64,000 nt of DNA, taken from positions 24,267 to 88,266 of IMG/VR virus record IMGVR_UViG_3300025687_005582. The stretch is one strand, 5' to 3'. This document shows positions 18,900 to 28,624 of this stretch, piece after piece. Origin of the DNA: a virus. Both the position numbers and the translations under genes were made by a program. Every line of letters starts with the position of its first letter. The stretch's first letter is position 1. The notes under the pieces are model-generated. The model made no database searches, had not been told where the DNA came from, and saw only the letters and a list, made by a program, of their open reading frames with translations.

Positions 18900-21800
18900 A
18901 TGAGCATCAAAAAGTATTTTGAAGTAGCTGAAAGCATCAAGGCTCTTTCAGGGAAAACGGCAGATGAAATCGCTTCACAAGTAGAATCTGTTGGGTATCA
19001 CGAAGAAGATATAATAGAAGAAGAAAGATTTATTCCAAGAGTAGACTTTTCTAAGCCCGAAAACTTTGCTCGCTATGGGTCAGCCGAAGAATACTATGAC
19101 CAAGCTATCAAAAGAATCTACAACGAATTTCCTTACGATGGCTCTCTAAGAGAAAGATTACAGTGGGAGAATGAATCCACTTATATTGATTTATACATCT
19201 ACAACAATCGATACCCAAGAACTAATGGATATGCAATTGTTTCTGCAGATGGATGGGGAACACAAGCATCTATAACTGATGGGTACGGCTTACCAGATGA
19301 TTTAGAATACATTTTTGTAAAAGGTGGCCCGAATGCTAATCCAAATGGCATGTCGCCAAAATCAGTTAACTTTACAGGCTCCAACTATTATGAGCCATCT
19401 AAGAACAGAGGGTCGAACCTAGAATTCGATCTAGCATCGCAAGGTGCTTCTATTGAGTTTTGGTTAAACAAGACTGAGTTTGTTACTGCTTCAACTGAAA
19501 AAGAAGTTCTGTTCGATCTTTGGAATGGCGAAAACTCATCGTCAGCAGATTATGTTCGTTTTACATTAGAGCTTTCAGGTACCGCTGACGGAACAGACCC
19601 ATTCTTACTTACAGTTTTCTCGGGCTCAACAGGATTTTTCCAGCAGCCAATCGCTGCTACTACATTTACAACCTCTTCTGTAGCGGATTCCAACTGGCAC
19701 CACTATGCTGTAACAGTTAAATCTGCATCTGCTGGCGTTACCACACGATTCTATGTTGATGGTAATCTCAACAACGAGACCATATTAGGCTCTGCCGGCA
19801 TAGACGACACAGACTCTTCAAGTCTACGTGCGTACATTGGTGCCCTCATTGCTGCACCTTCTGGCTCTTCCGCATCAGCGGGAGCAGGTAAGCTTTCCGG
19901 TTCTCTTGATGAGTTGAGATACTGGAAGACACAAAGATCTTCTAAAGAAATCGGACGTTTTTGGTTTACGCAAGTTGGCGGTGGCGTAAATACGGATCCA
20001 ACTCCGTTTACAACAACCGAGGAGTCAGCAAACGTAGACCTAGGTGTTTACTTCAAGTTTAATGAAGGCATCACGGGAAGAACATCAACAGATAGCACTG
20101 TTCTTGATTACTCTGGTCGCTTCTCTAACGGTTCGTGGACTGGATACACAACCAACTCAAGAAACACAGGCTCAGCGATTGTATTGTCTAATGCTGCCAT
20201 TAGTGAATACCAAGATCCAATCATCTACTCTTTCCATCCAGCCGTTGTTTCGTTAGCATCTGAGTTGCAGACATCTGGTTCGGCCCACGATGTCAATAAC
20301 AATGCTGCTGTCTACAACTCCATTCCTTCATGGATTACAGAGGAAGATTCAGAGGGCGAGAAGAACACAAAGTATCTAACACAGATTATTTCAAGTTACT
20401 TTGATACTCTGCATCTACAAATCGACAGTCTAAACCACTTAAAGGATATTCAATACCCCAGTGGTAGTGATAAACCGCTTCCATTTGCAGAGAAACTTCT
20501 TTCTTCTTACGGATTTGTGGCGCCAGAGATTTTCCTAGATACCGATGTGTTAGAGAAGTTGGCCGATAGAAGTGAAGATAAAGTCTATGAAAAGTCACTT
20601 CACGACATCAAGAACATTATATACCAGAACATTTACAACAACTTAAACTACATCTACAAGTCTAAAGGCACCGAAAAAGCATTTAGAAATCTTATTCGTT
20701 GTTTTGGTATTGATGATGAGCTAATAAAACTCAATATGTACGCGGATAACGTACAGTATGAGCTTCAAAGCAACAGAAGAAACATCATTGTTGGCGACAA
20801 GTTTGCTAACTTCAACACAGCAGCTGGTAAAAGCGCGAATGTGTACAACTACACCGACACATCAAACGTTAACTCTGTAGGATTTATTACCTCTAGCGTA
20901 TCTCTAACTGGTGGATATGCCACAACTTTAGAGGCTGAGATTCTTTTCCCACTAAAGCAAGATGAATCTTCTATTGTTTATGTTGATACGAACACAATCA
21001 GTGCCTCCTTGTTTGGTGTACACGGCACAGTCGATTCAGGCACCGACACTACATGGGCGACTTCTGACGATGTTAACTTCCAAGTATATGCCGTAAGAGA
21101 TGAGCTTCGGTCATCAAACGTTAGATTTGTTCTCACCGGAACGGCTGGTGGGCATGTTCCAGAACTTGTTTCTTCGTTGTATGAGGATGTCTACAACAAC
21201 ACAAGATGGAACTTATCTGTCAGAATAAGACCAGATCAGTTCCCGCTAACAGGACTTGTTGATGGTACAAATAGCGATTATGTTATTGAACTTCATGGTG
21301 TTCAAGCCGATGCCGGCGTAATTCTTGAAGAGTTTACTGTAACAGGGACGATTTCTAATCCTCCCGCAGCGTTCCTAACAAGCAGCAAAAGAGCATACGT
21401 AGGCGCGCACAGAACAAACTTTACCGGAACTGTACTTCAAACATCGGATGTAAAAGTCAATGCTTGTAGATACTGGCTTGATTATGTTGAGGATGATGCC
21501 CTAAGAGGACACATTCTTGATACAGAAAATCACGGTGCCCTTCAGCCGCATTTATATGCGTATCCGTTTAACCCATCTGCTTCTTTTGGGGATATAACAA
21601 AACTTGATACCCTAGTGTTCAACTGGGAGTTCCTCAACAACACGGGCTCAGATGCTAGTGGTCAGTTTATTGTGGACGACATTAGTTCTGGATCTGCCGC
21701 CTTTACAAGATTTGGAGATTTAGGAAACATCCTAAACAAGCAGTATACTGCTAGAGGCGACTTCTTTGAAGCTTCTTCCACAAAAGCAATCGACAAAGAC

Positions 21801-24800
21801 TTCGTTGTATCATCAAGACTAAATCTTCCCGAGAACATCCAATCACAGGATATGGTTCGTGTACTTGGAGCAGAAGATCAGGACGTTTTCACAACCGAAT
21901 CACGCCCAATAAACTACTTCTTCGCATTTGAGAAGAGCATGTATCAGACCATCTCTGAAGAGATGATCAACAACTTCGCTACTATGAGGGACTTACACAA
22001 CCTTATAGGCGATCCTGTAGAGCGTTGGCGCCCAGAATACAAGCAAATGAAGTTTGTGCGTCAGAAGTTCTTTGAGAAGGTTGGAAATGATGAGCTAGAT
22101 TTCGACAAGTTCTATGAGTTCTACAAGTGGTTTGACTCTTCATTATCCGTAATGCTTGGCCAGCTAGTACCAGCCTCAGCTGACTTTTCCAATAATGTAA
22201 GAACTGTTATTGAGAACCACGTACTAGAGAGGCCAAAATATCAAAACAAGTTTCCGTTCCTACAGAGACAAGGAGCAACAGATATTGAAGGGTCCGTCGA
22301 TGGCTCCAATGCTTCAGGTGATGTTGATTCTAGTCCAGATGACTTCCCGGCTGGAGCATCATTCTTCTCTAACAGAGCGCTAACAAAAAGACAGATCGGC
22401 TCCTCTAACTACACTCAGACAAAGAAGTGGGAGTTTTTACATTCTCCACTACCAACAGAATCTGAAAACAAGAATCTTCCTTGGCAGAGATACAAGAAAG
22501 AAACATCCAACTCTGATCGGGCTGGAATTTTAGCGGCTGTAGAATCTGGTTACAGAAGAAGATTAGGATCTCCTGTAAAGTTTGCAGCTGAAGGTCAAAC
22601 AGCAGTCGGTGGTGTAGCCAGACACCAAAGCAATAAGCCTAACTTTACGTTTGAGGCAACCCAGCCTTACGGTCCCACAGTTACGGCAACGAATATTCCA
22701 AAGAATATTATGCTTTCATTTGATGTTGATGTAGAAGAACTTATCGAGACGCCAGATGTTTACTATCCGACTCTAAAGCAACGTCTTGGTTTCGGATTGA
22801 ACCCGTCAATCAATAGGGGAGATAACGACAAACTTAAGTTTGATGGTAATATGTATGCGCCGTTCAGCTTGTACAGTTCTTCTGTTACAACTGGCTATAA
22901 CTCTAAGGTTGTAAGAGACTACAAATCTGGCGTAACGGTTACAAACCTTCACAATGACTTTGTTAATAGCACAGACACATCCTTGCAGGGTCCGTTCACA
23001 GAGAAGTTTGTTGGCGGTAGATATTACCGACATACAGAAATCAATGACGGAACAGACACAAGAGAGTCAAGAGCAGAAGGTTTCCGTTTAGCGCTTGGTC
23101 TCGACCCAAGTAGCTCTAACATCCCTCCCGGCGCCTCTGGAGCCCTTGGAGTGATTCCGCCAAACTATCCGTTCCTTGATTCACCGGCAGGTTCTGCGCC
23201 TTTAGGATGGCTTCCAGAGCTTCCTACGGCACAACGCTTCCGCGACGAAACTGCAAAGCGTCCCGTAAACATCAAGAACATTTTGATGACGACTGCTTCT
23301 GTTGGAACACGTCTTTCCGGAACGATTGTTCACAACCAAATCGGTAACTACCAAAAGAACTATCAAGTTGTTCAGACTGCTGGCAGAACTGCAAATGATA
23401 TATATTTCCGTGAGCAAACATTTAGTTTCGCTCCAAACCCGGAAACACTTGCGACAAGAGGGCGCTTCCCGCTTTATTATGCCTTTACGCCTGCAGTAAA
23501 AGCGACAGGTCAGATCGCAATTAAGGCGAATCCCCCATCATCATCCGTTCAGGCTCTTGAAATACCATTTTTAAGAAACGATGGAGTTGTTCAAAACATA
23601 GCAATCTTTTTTACAAGTGCCCCAGCACCCACTGATTTCTCAGGCTATCCAACCATAATTGTGCAACGTCAGGGCTCAGCAGCCGACACCGGTACTGAAC
23701 TAGCCAGCGCTTTGAGCCACTCTCCTTTCGGAACTACTTTCGGCGGCAACGCCACCGCCCTCGGAACCGGCGAGATAGTCTCACTAACACAAGGTCTTGG
23801 CGGCACAGCGGGCAATACGGAGATTACAGATGACGGTTCTGGAAATTTTGATTTGACTTCTTTTGCCGGTGGCACTGAAGCCATACCAGACACCGGAGAA
23901 GACAACGCTAATACAGGCGGCAATCTAAACTACGAACTTCCGAACAGAGATGGAGTCAACTCGAACGAAACAGTTATTGTTAACCGTTTTGCTGGATGTG
24001 GTTATGAAGTTATGTCTCGTGGATACATGGATCCAGCACACGAAGAGTTGTCTGTTTACAATGTTTTGCCTTACCGCAATCTTTCTGTTAGAGATTACGG
24101 CCTACAAGGATCTGCATCTGTCGATGTGACAGCTGGCAGAACAATCACTGTTGTAGATCAGATTGGAAAGAATCGTGGTCTTAACCAAAGAGCCTCACTC
24201 CACGCTGGACCGTTTGGTTCTGATGCTGCATATGGTTCAGTTCCAGAGCTAACATACGTTACAACACCATCTTGGCACAAGACAAACAGAAACCGTCGTC
24301 GCAGAATAGAGTTGTCTGGCGCAACATACATCACAGCGTCCGTATACGATAATCTCTTTGTTCAGCACGCGATCCCGCGTTCTACACAGCAATACTCTTG
24401 GGTAACTGCATCGTTGGCTGAGGGTCAGATTATCTACGGCAACGATAGACCATCTTGCTTTAGCGCAAGTGTCTTAAGTCAACTAATCGTTAGTGGTACA
24501 AACTATGATGATTTGACTTTCGTAGGCTTGACTACAAGAGGTAAAGATCCAATATCTGCCTCTACTCACAATCAAGGATTCCCTCTATCAGTAGCGAATC
24601 AGGCACAAGCTTACAGCAACTTTGATTACCTCGGCGCTCCACCATTTGCCCCGGGGACTGATTATTTTAACTTTATAACCATAATGCGCAACGGCCCATA
24701 CGGATACCCAACTTGGAAGCAAATCCGTGCTGGCGAGACAAAGATTGGTAGAAAGCTAAGAGAAACAAACCAGATTGGATACCCAGTTCCGCCAAAGAGA

Positions 24801-27710
24801 CTTTTTGATTATGATTTGGGCGAAGGTCCCTCTGTCGGTTTGAGACCTAACAGTTTCAGAGATTTTACAGAATCACCAGTATCTCTTAACTCTTCTCCAA
24901 TAACTTTCATTTTGGAAGACAACACAGAAGATTCTGATGCCTCTAACAACATGGTTGTGACTGTTCCGTTTAGAAATGAGATTGATTACTTCTCGCATGA
25001 AGAGTTGAACAATTTCTATGGTCTAAAATCTGATGTAAGTAGACTGAAGGCTTACAGAACTGTACTAGATTACACGCTAAGCAGCAGCCTTAGCACAGTA
25101 GTATCTTACACAGAAAGTCTATACCCATCAGATATCAACATGTTTGACGATAGAGTTCGTAGAAGAACTAACTACTCGATCACAGATATCTGGGACGACG
25201 ATAGAACAAAGCGTTCTGATACATACGGAGGTAAGGAAAACTCTCAGGGATTAGCTATACCTTCTGCCTCTACATGGCCGCTTGATGGGCACCTAAACTT
25301 TGCCTCCACTTCATCAGTTAGAATCGATGATGGTGCAGGCGAACTAATGAACTTCTACACTTCTTACTCAGGTAGTGTTGCTGGAGCATCAAAAATCAAC
25401 GTAGGTGCGACTTACGCTTTACGTGTTGCTGCGGGCCGAGCAGGATCAAATGATGCATATGCTGGTGACGCCCTATGGGAAGCAGGTACACAATCAGGCA
25501 AGAAGCCATATGAAAACTACTCTACATATGCTGAAAAGATTGCTCTCGTAGGCAAAGATCACTCTATTGTTCCGGAGTTTAGAATAAGCGAACTCATAGA
25601 AACATATGTAGAAGATAATGAAGGCGATTTCTTAGCTGATATCGATAATGTCTTTAATCTAACTGGTGCAGCAATCAGTGACAGCTCTCAGACAAATTTT
25701 TACAAAACTTACTCAAACTCTGATTTCTTAAAATATTTCTCTGTTGTAGACGAGGATCTCAATGGTCAGCGCTCAGGAGATCTTAAGATTCAAAGAGATA
25801 AAGTATCACTTCGTTGCAACGCACTTCTTAAGTTCCTGCCATACAAAGGATTCTATCCTGCTGAACGTACTTTAGAGTTAGCAACGTTACTTTCGCAATC
25901 TTACTTTACAGATAAGTTAAATGTAGAAACGAATGACTATAGATTAGCTTCTAGAATAATAAGCCAACCACTTTTTGCCCCAGGCATTATGCATAACACG
26001 ATCAAATCTGGAATCGCGGTTGGTAACTGGATTTTGACGAACACTTCTTCAGCAGGCTCGCTCCCAACCCCGGTTTATGAGACTGGTAGCGTTACAGTAT
26101 TGCCTGAAGGAAATATAGAATTTAGAAGACTCTTGAACGTAAATACTACAACAACAGATGTCGCTAGAGGCTGGACGGCACAAAAACTTCCTTTCGAAGC
26201 GATATACAAGCCATCTGCATACTTCAATAGAGAGTATGTTACTGGCAGTCTGTTATACGATAAGTTTTACGAACTTGCTGCGGAGGCTGAAAGCCCAAGC
26301 ATCAAGAATGATCACGGTCCTTTAAGTCCGGATTTAAGAGGTACAAAACTTTACGAGTTTGCCATTGATAACTTCTTGTGCGAAACAGTTGAGTTCTTCA
26401 ACGACAGACTCACTTCGATAAGATCCAGAAGAGAAGACGAATTTGCTTCCGTCGTAAGCGGCAATGTATATCAAATGAAAATGAAGTTTTATCGCCCTCT
26501 TACTACCGGTTCTATTACTTCTGATCCAGAAGTCGATAGAGCCAAGTTTGATATGTACACGAGAGTATCGGCATTCGGGTGGCCTTTGGCGGCAGGGCCC
26601 TCTACCAACGTTGCCCGCCGTTCCTCGGGTAGCTTCTCTCACTTGACAAGTCCTGCGTATGCCGGAAAGGGCGAGGTTACATTTACTTATACAGCCCCTT
26701 CTAATGGTCAGCCTTCGTTAGACCAAATATTTGCAAACACAACATTAAGTTTCTCTAGAGATGAAACAGTTGCTCATATTCCCTCTTTATTGGCGCCGCC
26801 AGATTATGATCCAACGATGCAAATGGATAGTTGCTTTAACCTTTTGGATTTCTACACAGATGTTCCAGATAATACTGTTACACAAAAGAAGAGGTGGCTG
26901 ATTCAATCTAAGTTTGAAACTCCAGTTCTAAACCTTGCTGGAGTTGACTTTACGACCCCACCAGCAACAACGGTAAGCGCTGGAACAAGCAGTGCCGATC
27001 AGATTTCTTTGAGAGGTCTATGGCATCAATATGGTTCCGTCCCAACAGCATCAGATGCTGGCTTCTTTGTAGCCATTGAAGATGCTAGTGGAGAATCGCT
27101 AGCAGACGTAGTCGGAATGCCTACAAATGCAACATTCAGAGTTGGCTCTGTAAAGAAGCAGAATCTTCTTGAAGAGGCTGTTGTCGCCGTTCCATTTAAG
27201 ACTGTTAACAACAGAAGAAAGTTCTTCGGCATCAACGACAGCAACGCTGAATACGACAACATTAAGAGAAATCTTGAGAAGTATGTGTTCCCGCCAAAGT
27301 TTGACTTCCTAACAAACGATACGGTAGATCCAATCTTGATGTATGCATTTGAGTTCTCAGCAAAGGTCACGCAACAAGACATCGCAGATATGTGGCAAAA
27401 CTTGCCACCTGATATTAATGAAAAGTTTGAGCAAAAAGAAGTTGTTATAGACGACAAGCAAGTTCTTGACTTATTAATCAACAACTCAGAAGATATTCAG
27501 TGGATGGTATTCAAGGTCAAGAAGCGCGCCAAGAAATCTTTCGAGAAGTACAGAAGGTCTTTGGTCACAGAAGATACAACCGCATTTGAAGATACAATAG
27601 GACCATACTCTTACAACTGGCCATACGATTACTTCTCTCTTGTAGAACTAGTTAAGATTGACGAAACGGTACAGTATGCGTCGGCTGACGTGGCGGGTGA
27701 TGATTCATAA
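18900..27710 (+). CDS. Very large baseplate/tail protein (2936 aa) with LamG/concanavalin-like domains and gp7-like motif
   Basis: 'SIEFWL...NWHHYAVT...FYVDG...GSLDELRYW' (LamG) and 'IYKSKGTEKAFRNLIRCFG' (gp7/P2 gpI-like KGT motif). Confidence 0.75.
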   Translation: MSIKKYFEVAESIKALSGKTADEIASQVESVGYHEEDIIEEERFIPRVDFSKPENFARYGSAEEYYDQAIKRIYNEFPYDGSLRERLQWENESTYIDLYIYNNRYPRTNGYAIVSADGWGTQASITDGYGLPDDLEYIFVKGGPNANPNGMSPKSVNFTGSNYYEPSKNRGSNLEFDLASQGASIEFWLNKTEFVTASTEKEVLFDLWNGENSSSADYVRFTLELSGTADGTDPFLLTVFSGSTGFFQQPIAATTFTTSSVADSNWHHYAVTVKSASAGVTTRFYVDGNLNNETILGSAGIDDTDSSSLRAYIGALIAAPSGSSASAGAGKLSGSLDELRYWKTQRSSKEIGRFWFTQVGGGVNTDPTPFTTTEESANVDLGVYFKFNEGITGRTSTDSTVLDYSGRFSNGSWTGYTTNSRNTGSAIVLSNAAISEYQDPIIYSFHPAVVSLASELQTSGSAHDVNNNAAVYNSIPSWITEEDSEGEKNTKYLTQIISSYFDTLHLQIDSLNHLKDIQYPSGSDKPLPFAEKLLSSYGFVAPEIFLDTDVLEKLADRSEDKVYEKSLHDIKNIIYQNIYNNLNYIYKSKGTEKAFRNLIRCFGIDDELIKLNMYADNVQYELQSNRRNIIVGDKFANFNTAAGKSANVYNYTDTSNVNSVGFITSSVSLTGGYATTLEAEILFPLKQDESSIVYVDTNTISASLFGVHGTVDSGTDTTWATSDDVNFQVYAVRDELRSSNVRFVLTGTAGGHVPELVSSLYEDVYNNTRWNLSVRIRPDQFPLTGLVDGTNSDYVIELHGVQADAGVILEEFTVTGTISNPPAAFLTSSKRAYVGAHRTNFTGTVLQTSDVKVNACRYWLDYVEDDALRGHILDTENHGALQPHLYAYPFNPSASFGDITKLDTLVFNWEFLNNTGSDASGQFIVDDISSGSAAFTRFGDLGNILNKQYTARGDFFEASSTKAIDKDFVVSSRLNLPENIQSQDMVRVLGAEDQDVFTTESRPINYFFAFEKSMYQTISEEMINNFATMRDLHNLIGDPVERWRPEYKQMKFVRQKFFEKVGNDELDFDKFYEFYKWFDSSLSVMLGQLVPASADFSNNVRTVIENHVLERPKYQNKFPFLQRQGATDIEGSVDGSNASGDVDSSPDDFPAGASFFSNRALTKRQIGSSNYTQTKKWEFLHSPLPTESENKNLPWQRYKKETSNSDRAGILAAVESGYRRRLGSPVKFAAEGQTAVGGVARHQSNKPNFTFEATQPYGPTVTATNIPKNIMLSFDVDVEELIETPDVYYPTLKQRLGFGLNPSINRGDNDKLKFDGNMYAPFSLYSSSVTTGYNSKVVRDYKSGVTVTNLHNDFVNSTDTSLQGPFTEKFVGGRYYRHTEINDGTDTRESRAEGFRLALGLDPSSSNIPPGASGALGVIPPNYPFLDSPAGSAPLGWLPELPTAQRFRDETAKRPVNIKNILMTTASVGTRLSGTIVHNQIGNYQKNYQVVQTAGRTANDIYFREQTFSFAPNPETLATRGRFPLYYAFTPAVKATGQIAIKANPPSSSVQALEIPFLRNDGVVQNIAIFFTSAPAPTDFSGYPTIIVQRQGSAADTGTELASALSHSPFGTTFGGNATALGTGEIVSLTQGLGGTAGNTEITDDGSGNFDLTSFAGGTEAIPDTGEDNANTGGNLNYELPNRDGVNSNETVIVNRFAGCGYEVMSRGYMDPAHEELSVYNVLPYRNLSVRDYGLQGSASVDVTAGRTITVVDQIGKNRGLNQRASLHAGPFGSDAAYGSVPELTYVTTPSWHKTNRNRRRRIELSGATYITASVYDNLFVQHAIPRSTQQYSWVTASLAEGQIIYGNDRPSCFSASVLSQLIVSGTNYDDLTFVGLTTRGKDPISASTHNQGFPLSVANQAQAYSNFDYLGAPPFAPGTDYFNFITIMRNGPYGYPTWKQIRAGETKIGRKLRETNQIGYPVPPKRLFDYDLGEGPSVGLRPNSFRDFTESPVSLNSSPITFILEDNTEDSDASNNMVVTVPFRNEIDYFSHEELNNFYGLKSDVSRLKAYRTVLDYTLSSSLSTVVSYTESLYPSDINMFDDRVRRRTNYSITDIWDDDRTKRSDTYGGKENSQGLAIPSASTWPLDGHLNFASTSSVRIDDGAGELMNFYTSYSGSVAGASKINVGATYALRVAAGRAGSNDAYAGDALWEAGTQSGKKPYENYSTYAEKIALVGKDHSIVPEFRISELIETYVEDNEGDFLADIDNVFNLTGAAISDSSQTNFYKTYSNSDFLKYFSVVDEDLNGQRSGDLKIQRDKVSLRCNALLKFLPYKGFYPAERTLELATLLSQSYFTDKLNVETNDYRLASRIISQPLFAPGIMHNTIKSGIAVGNWILTNTSSAGSLPTPVYETGSVTVLPEGNIEFRRLLNVNTTTTDVARGWTAQKLPFEAIYKPSAYFNREYVTGSLLYDKFYELAAEAESPSIKNDHGPLSPDLRGTKLYEFAIDNFLCETVEFFNDRLTSIRSRREDEFASVVSGNVYQMKMKFYRPLTTGSITSDPEVDRAKFDMYTRVSAFGWPLAAGPSTNVARRSSGSFSHLTSPAYAGKGEVTFTYTAPSNGQPSLDQIFANTTLSFSRDETVAHIPSLLAPPDYDPTMQMDSCFNLLDFYTDVPDNTVTQKKRWLIQSKFETPVLNLAGVDFTTPPATTVSAGTSSADQISLRGLWHQYGSVPTASDAGFFVAIEDASGESLADVVGMPTNATFRVGSVKKQNLLEEAVVAVPFKTVNNRRKFFGINDSNAEYDNIKRNLEKYVFPPKFDFLTNDTVDPILMYAFEFSAKVTQQDIADMWQNLPPDINEKFEQKEVVIDDKQVLDLLINNSEDIQWMVFKVKKRAKKSFEKYRRSLVTEDTTAFEDTIGPYSYNWPYDYFSLVELVKIDETVQYASADVAGDDS

Positions 27711-28624
27711 TGGAATTTTTCAACAAAAAAGAAGAAGTTCTAGAAGTTAAGTTAACAAACTACGGTAAAGACAGATTGGCCGCTGGTCAACTTAATCCAA
27801 CTTACTATGCTTTCTTCGATGACGACATTTTATATGATACAGCTGCTGCTGGATTTTCGGAAGATCAAAACAATGCTGAGGGAAGAATCCAAAGTGATAC
27901 GCCGAAGTTAAAGTTGATCCCCACTAGAGAAGGCGCCGAGACAAGAGTCACAAGATTTATAAATCAAGTTTCATCATCTTTCAACGCCACCATCGGTGGA
28001 CATACGTCAGATCCGGCAAACAATGTTTCGATATTTCAAGAACAGCCTTACGGAGATAAAGGCAAGTTAGATGCCTATCCGCTAGGAAGATCATCCTTAA
28101 ATAAGACATATGCCCCAGCGTGGCAAATGCAAATACTTTCAAACCCGACTGCTTCTGTAGGTCAAAGTTTCTTGAACGAAGATGATTTTATACAGCCAAT
28201 ACCGCAAATCGATATAACTATTGATTATGAAACAACTTTTAAAGAAGGGCCTTTAACATCTGATTCAATCACGGGATATTTAGGAAGTTCAAATATATTT
28301 TTAGCTCTGAAAGAAAACTACTTAATGGTGGAGATAAAAGAAGAAAATACTCCATTTGAAAAAGAGAACTTTGAGATAGAAGTATTTCGTTCTGGCTCCG
28401 ATGGACAGTACGTTCAGCTAAGCTTCACAGCCGAAAGCGAAACAGAGTTTGTAGCTTCTACCATCGATAATGTTGAGTTCTTTATGAATGTTTTGACTGA
28501 TGCCGAGATTCCAAATGAGATTATCCGCGAACTCAACATCAATGAGGATGCGGTTGTAACAAGCGCAAGCAGAATCAAACTCAATAGAGATCTATACTCT
28601 ACAGAAAACGAGGAGCCGTGCTAA
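27710..28624 (+). CDS. Virion structural protein (N-terminus paralogous to 34076 ORF)
   Basis: 'KLTNYGKDRLAAG..YAFFDDDILY' parallels 'VLTDLGRKRLAEG..FALGDDEIDY' of the 34076 ORF. Confidence 0.6.
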   Translation: MEFFNKKEEVLEVKLTNYGKDRLAAGQLNPTYYAFFDDDILYDTAAAGFSEDQNNAEGRIQSDTPKLKLIPTREGAETRVTRFINQVSSSFNATIGGHTSDPANNVSIFQEQPYGDKGKLDAYPLGRSSLNKTYAPAWQMQILSNPTASVGQSFLNEDDFIQPIPQIDITIDYETTFKEGPLTSDSITGYLGSSNIFLALKENYLMVEIKEENTPFEKENFEIEVFRSGSDGQYVQLSFTAESETEFVASTIDNVEFFMNVLTDAEIPNEIIRELNINEDAVVTSASRIKLNRDLYSTENEEPC

